A DNA stretch of 64,000 nt from Patescibacteria group bacterium (GTDB lineage: Bacteria > Patescibacteriota > Microgenomatia > UBA1400 > PJMF01): the NCBI GenBank assembly GCA_016861085.1, contig BOKR01000001.1, forward strand, positions 761,696 to 825,695, given 5' to 3'. Position numbers and translations under genes: made by a program. Below the pieces are notes generated by a model. It did not search any database. It was not told the origin of the DNA and saw only the letters and a list, made by a program, of their open reading frames with translations. Position 1 is the first letter of the stretch. The number at the start of each line of letters is the position of its first letter. Positions 21,327 to 30,467 of the stretch are shown piece after piece.

Positions 21327-21860
21327 ATGAAAGACACTATGCTCAATGAAATTGAGTCACCAAACGAAGAAAAAAAACTATTGCTAAGTCAAGAAATTGA
21401 AAAAGCTCAAAATGATCGAATCGATCTGTTAAAAAATATTCTTGTTAAAATCGTAAAAGATGAAAAAATTCAAAGAGTGGCTAATTCACTCGTTAATGCT
21501 ACAGTTGGCTCTTACATAACTTTATCTTTAGAAGCATGGAGAGGTAAAACAGCGATTGGAAATCAAGAATTAACACCTCTAGGTCGAATTATGGATATAA
21601 TAATTATCTCAACCGCTGCAACTGCCTATACAACTGTTTTTAATGAAAAACTAAGACCACTTGGGGGTATGTCTTATGCAGTTTCTTGGGCAGGATGGGG
21701 TGTAATGCATGGTCCTGATGTTGTGTTACCGATTATTGCAAAAATGGCTGATGCAACCAGAGAATCAAACCCCAAAACCAGCTCCCTCCTTCAGACTCTG
21801 AAAAAAGGAATTGAAAAAAGTAAAATGATATGGTTTAAGAAAGACACTAACAATGAATAA
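21327..21860 (+). CDS. Hypothetical protein
   Basis: 177-aa ORF filling the gap with a leaderless-type -10 upstream. Confidence 0.6.
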   Translation: MKDTMLNEIESPNEEKKLLLSQEIEKAQNDRIDLLKNILVKIVKDEKIQRVANSLVNATVGSYITLSLEAWRGKTAIGNQELTPLGRIMDIIIISTAATAYTTVFNEKLRPLGGMSYAVSWAGWGVMHGPDVVLPIIAKMADATRESNPKTSSLLQTLKKGIEKSKMIWFKKDTNNE

Positions 21861-22023
21861 AAATGATATGTCGATTGACGAGATAGTCAAACAACTCATA
21901 GCTTTGGGAGAAGATGCTGACGAGCTTCAATTTTGGTTAGAATTGTTCCCACATTTAGAAAACAATGACCAAACAAAATTGTATGATAATCTTGCAAATG
22001 AGTTAACCAACCTCAAGAAATAG
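21853..22023 (+). CDS. Small hypothetical protein (56 aa, below ORF-track cutoff)
   Basis: MNKNDMSIDEIVKQLIALGEDADELQFWLELFPHL...; start overlaps the end of the upstream gene and the ORF fills the gap exactly. Confidence 0.6.
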   Translation: MNKNDMSIDEIVKQLIALGEDADELQFWLELFPHLENNDQTKLYDNLANELTNLKK

Positions 22024-22834
22024 TAATCGCAAGATCAAAATATTTCCTATGTTCTCTAAAATCCCCCTCTTTTCTTGCCAAGTGAATTCCCGCAGCAAGA
22101 ACTATTGCTTCTTTCATTCTTTGCTGTGAAATTTCTGGATATCTCTTAATTACCTTTTTATCCAATCTTAAAACTTTTTTGAGTAATTCATACATGAGTC
22201 TGTATGTCTGAGGAATATGAGCTGGAGCATCTGAAACCATTGCATTAACTGCTGTAAGTGCAATATCTAATGCAGGATCACCAACAAATGCATCCATCCA
22301 ATCAATTACGACAATTCTCCCTTCATCAGTTTTGATAACATTTCCATGGTGAAAATCACCATGACATAATTTTTTTGCTTTTGATTTTTTTAGCAACCCC
22401 ATAAGCACTGCCCTTTCTTGTTTGGTCAACCTGTTAGTGCTTTGAATCAATTCTGAAAAACTTTCAAGCTGCGTTGGAACACCAGCCACTTCAAAACTAT
22501 GAATTTTCCTGGCAATATTTGCTAGTACTTCTGACTGAGTAAAATACAAAACTGGCTTTTCTTGGAATAAATCCATAAATGATTTTCCAGAAATTTTTTC
22601 GAAAACAATTCCATGTCTACCATTAACGACTCTCTGTTCAACGGCATGAGGAACTAAGTCACCAACAACTCTTGAAACTGCCTGCACATTCTGAAATTCT
22701 CGAGCAATTTTTTCTTTTGGAAACCCAGCTGAGTATAGCTTTAGAATTTTACCTATGCCAATATCAAAAATTTCTGACTCTCTACCAAAAGCAATTGGCA
22801 TGCCCATATGTTCAGGATTTCTCATCATTTGCAT
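22013..22834 (-). CDS. Aminoglycoside phosphotransferase/choline kinase family protein
   Basis: CHGDFHHGN and IDW motifs. Confidence 0.85.
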   Translation of the reverse strand: MQMMRNPEHMGMPIAFGRESEIFDIGIGKILKLYSAGFPKEKIAREFQNVQAVSRVVGDLVPHAVEQRVVNGRHGIVFEKISGKSFMDLFQEKPVLYFTQSEVLANIARKIHSFEVAGVPTQLESFSELIQSTNRLTKQERAVLMGLLKKSKAKKLCHGDFHHGNVIKTDEGRIVVIDWMDAFVGDPALDIALTAVNAMVSDAPAHIPQTYRLMYELLKKVLRLDKKVIKRYPEISQQRMKEAIVLAAGIHLARKEGDFREHRKYFDLAITIS

Positions 22835-22910
22835 ATTCTATCATCTCGAGAATTTCTTCTCACTATATATACGCTTTTTTTACAGGCATTAGTGCTAAAA
22901 TATAAAAACA

Positions 22911-23480
22911 ATGAAACGAGTATTTATTATTCACGGCTGGACCACAACTAATCAACAAGATTGGATCCCTTGGGCAGTCAAAGAAACTACCAAAAAAGGA
23001 TATACAGTTATTGCACCATTAATGCCTGATACTAATTATCCAATGATTGAAGCTTGGGTGCAAAAAATGGCAGAAGTTGTTGGAGTTGTCCAACCAACCG
23101 ATATATTTATTGGCCACTCACTTGGTTGCCAAGCAATACTTAGATATTTAGAAACACAGCCAGAACATACTAAATTTGATAAGCTCATTCTTGTTGCAGG
23201 TGCTCAACATTTATCAAGAGAAGCGTTGCCTTTGCCAGAGGATGAAGGCATCTTTGCCCCATGGAGAAATACGCCAATCAATTTTGAAAAAATAAGAAAA
23301 ATGGCAAAAAAAGTAGTAGCGCTTTTCTCTAACGATGATCCTTGGGTTCTGTTCGAAGACAATGCTCCAATTTATAAAGAAAAACTTGGCGCTGAAATTA
23401 TCCTACTAAATAATAAGGGTCATTTTATGGAAACAAATGGTGGAGTAACTAAACTACCAGAAATTTTGCAGTATCTATAA
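22911..23480 (+). CDS. RBBP9/YdeN alpha/beta hydrolase
   Basis: IIHGW, GHSLG, DDPWV and GHF motifs. Confidence 0.9.
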   Translation: MKRVFIIHGWTTTNQQDWIPWAVKETTKKGYTVIAPLMPDTNYPMIEAWVQKMAEVVGVVQPTDIFIGHSLGCQAILRYLETQPEHTKFDKLILVAGAQHLSREALPLPEDEGIFAPWRNTPINFEKIRKMAKKVVALFSNDDPWVLFEDNAPIYKEKLGAEIILLNNKGHFMETNGGVTKLPEILQYL

Positions 23481-23839
23481 AAAGAAAAGTCAAAAAAATT
23501 GCCACTACAGCACATCTGAATATTACTGGCGTTGAACCCCCGAACGGATTTCTTCCAACACTAGGCACACTTATAGTGCTTTTGACCGCTGGAACTTTTT
23601 TTTATGCAACAGAAGAGGGATGGTCATACTTTGACTCGTTCTATTTCACCTTTGTAACCATTACTACAGTAGGATATGGCGACTTTCATCCGACAACAGT
23701 ACTATCAAAGACTTTTACAATTTTTTTGATTTTTATGGGAGTTGGACTTGGTCTGTACGTAATTACTTCTTTTTCTGAGAGTTTTAGATCCGGCCGTGGA
23801 AAACGAATGAAACGATTAAAGTCTCTTTTAGATGAGTAG
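23477..23839 (+). CDS. Two-TM potassium channel (KcsA-like)
   Basis: TITTVGYGD selectivity filter; frame is open back to ATA at 23477 (ORF track starts at 23576), start uncertain. Confidence 0.85.
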   Translation: MKRKVKKIATTAHLNITGVEPPNGFLPTLGTLIVLLTAGTFFYATEEGWSYFDSFYFTFVTITTVGYGDFHPTTVLSKTFTIFLIFMGVGLGLYVITSFSESFRSGRGKRMKRLKSLLDE

Positions 23840-23864
23840 GATTCTTTCTGTGTAGAAAATTTGA

Positions 23865-24179
23865 TCAAGCTTTTCTTTTGCCACGTCTACTAAGCACATA
23901 CTGCACAGAAGCACTGACTGCCTTATCTGTTCTGTGGATACAACCGATCCAGCAACATGGTCTGCGAGCTCCTTCTTTCAGCTGTTTAGGCACTCGTTCA
24001 ACATGTTCTTTTCTGGTCTCTGGTTTTTTAACTGAGACTGTCCAACAAATCCATTCGTTGCGGGCAAGGGGTGTAAGGCTTTCCCATAATTCGAGAGCTT
24101 TTGGATCAGAAGCCAAAACAGCCTGCAAATCAGCTGGCAAATCGTGCACCACACCACTAGAAATAGTTTTTTGAGACAT
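23865..24179 (-). CDS. YdeI/OmpD-associated family protein
   Basis: LTPLARNEWICW...K.ETR...RRPCCW.GC.HR pattern. Confidence 0.8.
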   Translation of the reverse strand: MSQKTISSGVVHDLPADLQAVLASDPKALELWESLTPLARNEWICWTVSVKKPETRKEHVERVPKQLKEGARRPCCWIGCIHRTDKAVSASVQYVLSRRGKRKA

Positions 24180-24208
24180 ATGGTTTTAGTAAATACCTAG
24201 ACAGTTGA

Positions 24209-24514
24209 CTAAATAATCCCAGAAAGAAGCAGAACCAAAGCAATTATGACAATCACTGCAAACGCTCCAACCGTCTGAACAAATAAATCCAAAGATTCTT
24301 TTTTCTTCCCATTAACCAAAAGCAAAAGAGGTTGATAAAAAAATAGATATGCCATCACTGCAACAGAAAGAGTAAGTAATGATAGAAAAATGATCGGAGC
24401 AAAGACAGTATCGGGTTTATTACCTTGAGTTTCTGAAATGAAATTCATAACGCTAGCCACAACAACAATATAAGCTGAGGCACTTAAAGCGTTGACAATA
24501 GATTTTTTAGACAT
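24209..24514 (-). CDS. Small membrane hypothetical protein
   Basis: 3 TM helices. Confidence 0.6.
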   Translation of the reverse strand: MSKKSIVNALSASAYIVVVASVMNFISETQGNKPDTVFAPIIFLSLLTLSVAVMAYLFFYQPLLLLVNGKKKESLDLFVQTVGAFAVIVIIALVLLLSGII

Positions 24515-24535
24515 ACAACAATTTTACCTTTCTTT

Positions 24536-25156
24536 TTACTCCTGATACTGCTGCATTAGTTGCTCGAGCTGCTCTTGATTCATGGCCGGATTATCCCCCG
24601 AACCATTGCTTTGAATATTTTGCATAAAAGCACTCATGTCAGTAAACGTAATATCTGTTGGAGGGGTCAACATACTTTCATCAAATGACTCAGTTGTGCA
24701 GGTAACTGTATATCCAAGATTTTCGTATTCATCCCATGCTGATTCTTGAGAAAAATCTGGAGCCTGAGTAGCTTGTGGAGATTCAGGATTTTGATCAGTT
24801 GGTGCAGTTACTGGGAATTTGACACCTTCTTTTTTTGTCTCGTTCCAGGTATACACATACTCTGTATCAGTCAAAAATGAGCCACTCGCTTCAGGATTTT
24901 GTGGGTCAAGAGAATCAACGCGAACTTTTTTACCTTTCATGTAATACTGACCAGTTTGCTGTGTTTGAGTGTTTCTCATTTCACATTTTACTGATTTTCC
25001 AGATTCAATCGCTGCACCAATTTTTTGCCATTCAGAAAGAGATTCTGCAGCTGTTTGCCCGTCTCCAATTGTTGCCGTGGTAGTTTGTGATTTATTCAAA
25101 CATCCACTCAAAAAAAGAGCACTTCCGACCAATATAACTGCATGAAACTTATTCAT
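24536..25156 (-). CDS. Lipoprotein, hypothetical
   Basis: MNK...LFLSGC lipobox. Confidence 0.7.
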   Translation of the reverse strand: MNKFHAVILVGSALFLSGCLNKSQTTTATIGDGQTAAESLSEWQKIGAAIESGKSVKCEMRNTQTQQTGQYYMKGKKVRVDSLDPQNPEASGSFLTDTEYVYTWNETKKEGVKFPVTAPTDQNPESPQATQAPDFSQESAWDEYENLGYTVTCTTESFDESMLTPPTDITFTDMSAFMQNIQSNGSGDNPAMNQEQLEQLMQQYQE

Positions 25157-25202
25157 ATTTGTCCTTAACAGCTTACTAAGTAAATTGAGTATAGCATAAG
25201 CT

Positions 25203-25583
25203 TTACTTCTCAACGACCGCCTCAAACCCACCATATGCCATGCGCCTCATATCAAATGGTACCGACATATCTTTGTATTTGTCTTGATCTTTATTCATCT
25301 CTTCCATAACTTTTGCATTAACTTGATCTCTATGTTCTTTGGACTCAAAGACAATAAAAGAAAACCAAACTGTTTCATCGCTGCCTGCTCCAGCCATTTC
25401 AACAAAAGAGCGTGTTTTTTGATCGCCCATTTCTTGAGGTTTCAAATCATCTCCCCTGCATTCAAAATATTCTAATGCTCCTAGCCGCATCCACATATCT
25501 GCTCCATCTTGAGCCATTTTTTTATATTCTTCAGTTTTATCTTTTGGTACTACCAGAACGAAACCATCTACGTATTTAGACAT
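25203..25583 (-). CDS. DUF1428 (YbaA-like) protein
   Basis: YVDGFVL.VP, GALEY.EC, HRD.VNAKVM and PFD..RM.YGGF motifs. Confidence 0.9.
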   Translation of the reverse strand: MSKYVDGFVLVVPKDKTEEYKKMAQDGADMWMRLGALEYFECRGDDLKPQEMGDQKTRSFVEMAGAGSDETVWFSFIVFESKEHRDQVNAKVMEEMNKDQDKYKDMSVPFDMRRMAYGGFEAVVEK

Positions 25584-25703
25584 ATCTCCTCCATATTACT
25601 TAATTAATAGTATCGAAAATCATTATAGCATCGCTGAAATGTGAAAGAAATGTAAGAAAATGGTAAGTTTGCCGCAGGCCTTATACAGTATAATAGTCTC
25701 TTC

Positions 25704-27326
25704 ATGTTACTTGAAGCAAAACAATTATCTAAACAAATCGGAGCCAAGTACCTCTTTGAGGATGTGTCTTTTTCTATTATGCCGGGTGAAAAAGTTGCCT
25801 TGATTGGCCGAAACGGTCAAGGGAAAACCACCTTGTTAAAAATCATTAGTGGAGAAGATCATGACTATCTTGGTACTGTAACCACTGCAAAAGGTACACA
25901 TACTACACTTACTCGACAAGAGCATGAAGGTCTGGAATCACAAACACCTCTTGAATACATAATAAATAGTGTTCCCAATTATTTTACATATAAAAAAATT
26001 TTGGAAGAGTATGAAGAGGGTAAACACACTAATCTGACTCGTTATTTAGAAGTACTAGACATCTTTACTGCTAAAAAATTTTTCTATTTACCAGAGGCCA
26101 TTATAAGCACTCTTGCAGATTTTGGTATTCCTCCTGAATTATCACGACAACCATTTTCTCAGCTTTCTGGTGGGCAAAAGCGCTACGCCGAAATGACTCG
26201 CATGATGTTTTCACAGGCAGACTTGCTGCTTATCGATGAACCAACTAACCACTTAGACTATTTGGGAAAAGAGCGTTTTATCTCCTGGATGAAAGGCATT
26301 AAAAAAGCAGTCATTGTAGTTACTCATGATCGTGATGTCTTGAAATATGTTGATAAGATTATTGAACTCAAAGATAAACGACTGCACATCTTTAATGGAA
26401 ACTTTGACCATTACGTCTATCAAAATTCTTCACAAACTATGACCTCTGTTAAGCAGTACCAAGATCAATTAAATCTACTCAAAGAAGCTAAAAAGAAAGT
26501 TGATTGGGGTTTACGCATGCGAGCAAAAAGTAAAGCATGGAAAATTCGCTATGATCATTGGCAGAGAGATTATGACCGCATTAAAGCTGCAACAGTGAAA
26601 CCTTCGTTTTGGATTGATCAAGAAAGTATTGAATCATTGGACCAAAAAACAATTGACTCATATGACAAATTTAAAGAAAAAAACATTAATATCTCTATTA
26701 CTAGCAAGCGTGAACATGGTATCGAACGGCTTGAAATTCGTAATTTGGCCTTAGGGTACAAAGATCCAGTTTTTGCTGGATTAAGTTTTTCAATACATGA
26801 TAATGACAGAGTTTTTATTAAAGGTAAAAACGGAGCGGGGAAAAGTACCTTAGTGCGAACTATCTTATCGCTTTCAAAAAATCAGACACCAACAGCTAAC
26901 CAATTTGAGGGCACAATTAAACTGTCTAATGACCTTCGAATTGGTGAATATCAACAAGAAATAGACTCACGGTTTCTTAACCTTTCACTCTCGGATGCAA
27001 TTAGCACCTGCTATTTAGAAAAAGGGGTAAATGTTGCTGAACAAACCATTAAAAGCATGCTCGCTCAATACCTTTTTAACCCTACTCTTGATGCACATCA
27101 AAAGATAAAGAACCTATCGGGTGGACAAAAAGCCCGTTTCCAAATCATCACAATGTTAATTGATAATCCTAATCTATTAATCCTAGACGAACCAACCAAC
27201 CACTTAGATTTACCTTCAATTGAAGAACTAGAGAATGCACTGGGCAATTTTCAAGGTGCAATTTTGTACATTTCACATGACACCTATTTTATTAAAAAGA
27301 TGGGTGGGCAAGTTGTTGAGTTATAA
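25704..27326 (+). CDS. ABC-F family ATPase
   Basis: Two ABC domains (GRNGQGKTT and GKNGAGKST; LSGGQ; DEPTNHLD), no TM. Confidence 0.92.
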   Translation: MLLEAKQLSKQIGAKYLFEDVSFSIMPGEKVALIGRNGQGKTTLLKIISGEDHDYLGTVTTAKGTHTTLTRQEHEGLESQTPLEYIINSVPNYFTYKKILEEYEEGKHTNLTRYLEVLDIFTAKKFFYLPEAIISTLADFGIPPELSRQPFSQLSGGQKRYAEMTRMMFSQADLLLIDEPTNHLDYLGKERFISWMKGIKKAVIVVTHDRDVLKYVDKIIELKDKRLHIFNGNFDHYVYQNSSQTMTSVKQYQDQLNLLKEAKKKVDWGLRMRAKSKAWKIRYDHWQRDYDRIKAATVKPSFWIDQESIESLDQKTIDSYDKFKEKNINISITSKREHGIERLEIRNLALGYKDPVFAGLSFSIHDNDRVFIKGKNGAGKSTLVRTILSLSKNQTPTANQFEGTIKLSNDLRIGEYQQEIDSRFLNLSLSDAISTCYLEKGVNVAEQTIKSMLAQYLFNPTLDAHQKIKNLSGGQKARFQIITMLIDNPNLLILDEPTNHLDLPSIEELENALGNFQGAILYISHDTYFIKKMGGQVVEL

Positions 27327-27341
27327 CAATATTGGTTTAAC

Positions 27342-28559
27342 TTAGTCAAAAGAATACTGAGCTTTTTGAAACTTTGCTACAAAATCTGTAACTTCTTGCT
27401 GAATATTTTCACCTTTAAATGATCTCTCAAGAAAACCAGCAATTACTTGCATTTCAGCTTCTTTCATACCTCTGCGAGTTATTTCTTGAGTTCCTAAACG
27501 AATAAAAATACCTTTATCAAATAAGTCATCAAAATTGACTGTGATGTTGTTGCTAAATAACTGACTATATAGTTGTTTGTAATCACCCAATTCAGCAGTA
27601 AATACATGAGCTTGGTGATTTTCAGAAAATCTTCCAGTATTTGCTTTTCTTAGACTATAACCTTTATCACTAAGTGCTTGAGCCAATGCATTTGAGTTAG
27701 AAATAATTTGCCTTGCATATTCTTGACCAAATTCTTTCATCTCTAAAATTGTTGTGGCGAGTGCAATTAAATGATGAGTAATTGGTGAAGAAAACAAACA
27801 GCTATTAATTATTTTGTTTGCGCGTACACCTAACTTTTCATCTTTGAATGCAATCATACCTTTATGAGGACCAGGTAATGTTTTATGAGTGTTTGCACAA
27901 ATAACGTCAGCCCCTTCTGCAAAAGGATTTTGAAAGGTTTGTCCCATGATTAAACCCATTGTGTGACTCGCATCATAAATAATGATTGCTTTTTCCCCCA
28001 GCGCCTGGCGAATTTCCCTCAGGTTATGTGGATTCAAATAATATGAAACATCCATATAGAATGCTTTTGCACCAGATTCTTTAAACTTCTTTGCCAATTT
28101 TCCGACATCAAAAGAAAGTGTTTCAAAATCATATTCAGCAAACACATGTTTGCGTCCAACCCTATCAAGAATGCCCTTTGTGGCAAAGTGCCCACCGTGA
28201 TCATGGTGCACCGTCATGACAACATCACCAGGTTCTGTTGTAGAAAGAATTGCACACATCATTGCGTGCACACCAGACAGACAGTTAAGGTTCACAATGT
28301 GCGCACCAAGCATTTCCTTAGCTACATCTTCAGCTGCCTCAATCAGTGATGCTACACCAGGGAAACCTATTGCTGTAAAAGGACCAAGGTCAACTTTAGA
28401 ATCTTCTTCAGCTCCCATAAAATATCTATCAGCAATTTTTGAGCTCATAAAAGCTCTTGCTGTTTCAGACATTAAAGGTTCATTTGCGGTTAAGTGTAAA
28501 AACTCTTCGTTTCTTTTTTCTTCTGCTCTAATTTTGGAATAAAATTGATCAATGTTCAT
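27342..28559 (-). CDS. Divergent serine hydroxymethyltransferase/threonine transaldolase-like PLP enzyme
   Basis: LTANE, GGH, YDASH, THKTLPGP and IRLGTQEITR motifs; lacks the canonical YAEGYPG. Confidence 0.8.
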   Translation of the reverse strand: MNIDQFYSKIRAEEKRNEEFLHLTANEPLMSETARAFMSSKIADRYFMGAEEDSKVDLGPFTAIGFPGVASLIEAAEDVAKEMLGAHIVNLNCLSGVHAMMCAILSTTEPGDVVMTVHHDHGGHFATKGILDRVGRKHVFAEYDFETLSFDVGKLAKKFKESGAKAFYMDVSYYLNPHNLREIRQALGEKAIIIYDASHTMGLIMGQTFQNPFAEGADVICANTHKTLPGPHKGMIAFKDEKLGVRANKIINSCLFSSPITHHLIALATTILEMKEFGQEYARQIISNSNALAQALSDKGYSLRKANTGRFSENHQAHVFTAELGDYKQLYSQLFSNNITVNFDDLFDKGIFIRLGTQEITRRGMKEAEMQVIAGFLERSFKGENIQQEVTDFVAKFQKAQYSFD

Positions 28560-28588
28560 AGAACATGATTATAGCAAAGAAATTTGAT

Positions 28589-28641
28589 AAACCTTTCGTC
28601 CTTTTGGACTCATCAGTATGGATACACATCCATAGAGGTTT
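28589..28641 (-). ncRNA. Type III hammerhead ribozyme
   Basis: Minus strand AAACC-UC-UAUGGAU gugu AUCCAUA-CUGAUGA-GUCC aaaa GGAC-GAAA-GGUUU: complete core and three stems. Confidence 0.92.
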
Positions 28642-28696
28642 GCTGTACCTTTCGGTAAATTGTCCGCACGACAATCCAGAATACATTCTGCAGCAA
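28640..28696 (-). ncRNA. Four-way-junction (cloverleaf-like) RNA element
   Basis: Closing stem UUGCUG/CAGCAA with hairpins CAGAAU/AUUCUG, AUUGUC/GACAAU and UACC gaaa GGUA. Confidence 0.6.
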
Positions 28697-28735
28697 CACC
28701 ATAATCTTACTTTAGGCTGATTTAGTTAGTTGAAA

Positions 28736-30229
28736 TCAATTTCCTTCCGAGAGGTAGGCCGGGGCGAACCCGTCAAATACCTCCAGGTCTGGGAAGCCAA
28801 CGCGGTCAATGACCCCGATGTCTAGGCCGGGGAGATCAAGAAGCAGTTCTTCAGGAGCCGTCGCAATCAGAAGAGTTGACATATAGTAATGTAAACCATT
28901 CCCAGAACCAGGTTTGTAGGGGAAGTAGAGGCCAACTGCTTCAAGGCCGGATTTGCCCAGGCCGTTCAGAAGCGACATTGCGAGAGCAACATTGGCGTGG
29001 TCTGGGGTGCCAATGACTGCGTATTTGATGCCGCCACTTGTGCCAACATCAATCGTCCCGGATACGCTTCCGCCCTCTCCGCCGCTGACATTGGCCGAGT
29101 AAGGTGCGGTGTCTTTCCGCAGGTCTCCGAGCAAGTGGACCGCTAACAGTACGCCGGGTTGTTGGCCGTTGCGGATTTGGGGGTACAGGCCGACCCAGTT
29201 GTCGGACTGTTCTATAGCATCCGCCGTTTCAGGAGAGTCAACCAGAAGCACCAGCGAGCTGGGTTCGGGGCTGACCTGCGGGGTCAGAAAGACCCACGCA
29301 TAATAACGGCCGTCACTGAAGACGTATTCCAGGCGGGAAAGTGAGCCAGTGCCAATCAGGTTGGTATTGGGGCCACGGCCGAGGGTGTGCCGGTACGTAA
29401 GCTGGACGGTACCGATTTCCACACCACTGCGGAAAATATGGAAGCCAGTCTGGCGACCAATAATTTCCTTGATGCTGTCCGTGTCCACGATGAAGAGATC
29501 CGGCGTTTCCGCGCCAGTTTGCAACGTGTTACGGATTGAATCGAGGCCGACAGCAACAGTATCAAACGGCGTGCGCGAGGTTTCCCAGAAACCCCATTCA
29601 TGGAACTCGGGAGCAATAACAGTCATCGGGTTTTCCCAGACTGCCGTTGCGCCCATTGCCAGAATGTTTTCGGCGGAGGTGCCCCAGCGTTCGCCATACT
29701 GGATATCGGTCAAGTACAAAGTGCTGGCGCAGGGTTCGGTCACTTCATAGACCAGGGCGACTTCGCCCCGATCAAAGGTCCGAGCAACGCCGCGGAACAG
29801 CCACTGCCAGAGAGTTACGTCCTTCACTTCCAGGATGACCATTCCTTGAACGAGGCAATGGTTGGCATCATAGTACTCGACGACTTCAAGTGAGCCGCCC
29901 AGGTAGTCTCCCCAGGTAACCTGTTGCATTACACCAACTTTGTCGGTAGGTAAATGCCACAAGCGTTCGCTCGCCACACCGCCTGCTCCGCCCTGAGTTT
30001 CTTCGTAATTCAACTCGAAGAAAGGCGAAAGCATTTTTGATGTCTGAGATCCCAGGCCAGCGTGGTAGTTTAAAGTAACCGGGTACTGCCCATTGACGGG
30101 CGGAGGGAGAGGGATAAAGTACTGCGCCGGTGGTTTAGGGGCCGGGTCAGGGTTGCTATCGCAAGCGGCTAAAAAAGCGGCAAGCAACAGCAGGATAATA
30201 GAGATAACGGTCAATTGTTTCTTATTCAT
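28736..30229 (-). CDS. GC-rich lipoprotein of unknown function
   Basis: MNKK...FLAAC lipobox, Pro-rich linker; visibly much more GC-rich than the flanks. Confidence 0.75.
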   Translation of the reverse strand: MNKKQLTVISIILLLLAAFLAACDSNPDPAPKPPAQYFIPLPPPVNGQYPVTLNYHAGLGSQTSKMLSPFFELNYEETQGGAGGVASERLWHLPTDKVGVMQQVTWGDYLGGSLEVVEYYDANHCLVQGMVILEVKDVTLWQWLFRGVARTFDRGEVALVYEVTEPCASTLYLTDIQYGERWGTSAENILAMGATAVWENPMTVIAPEFHEWGFWETSRTPFDTVAVGLDSIRNTLQTGAETPDLFIVDTDSIKEIIGRQTGFHIFRSGVEIGTVQLTYRHTLGRGPNTNLIGTGSLSRLEYVFSDGRYYAWVFLTPQVSPEPSSLVLLVDSPETADAIEQSDNWVGLYPQIRNGQQPGVLLAVHLLGDLRKDTAPYSANVSGGEGGSVSGTIDVGTSGGIKYAVIGTPDHANVALAMSLLNGLGKSGLEAVGLYFPYKPGSGNGLHYYMSTLLIATAPEELLLDLPGLDIGVIDRVGFPDLEVFDGFAPAYLSEGN

Positions 30230-30427
30230 GGTTTTGTTTTTGTTCCAAGTTTTGGGATTAAGGGTTGAGTCAGCCTAGTTAGCGACGTGCGGTCACCAAC
30301 ATAAGCCGACCCCACAATCAAAACCATATAAAAAATCAAAGTAAGATTTTAAGGTGCTCGAAAGTCAAAAAATCACAAATAACATAGCGACTATGCTTTT
30401 CTAATATTATCGACTTTACAGAGGGGA

Positions 30428-30456
30428 ATTATACTACTTTTTATCTTTTTTGTCAA
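30428..30456 (-). promoter_or_regulatory. Consensus sigma70 promoter
   Basis: TTGACA-N17-TATAAT on the minus strand, about 200 nt upstream of CDS 28736..30229. Confidence 0.85.
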
Positions 30457-30467
30457 AATTATGGGAT

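Noticed and set aside
28703-30348. Flanking inverted repeats as IS or MITE termini
   Set aside because: No transposase, no evident target duplication, and the two units have unrelated repeat sequences; not fully excluded
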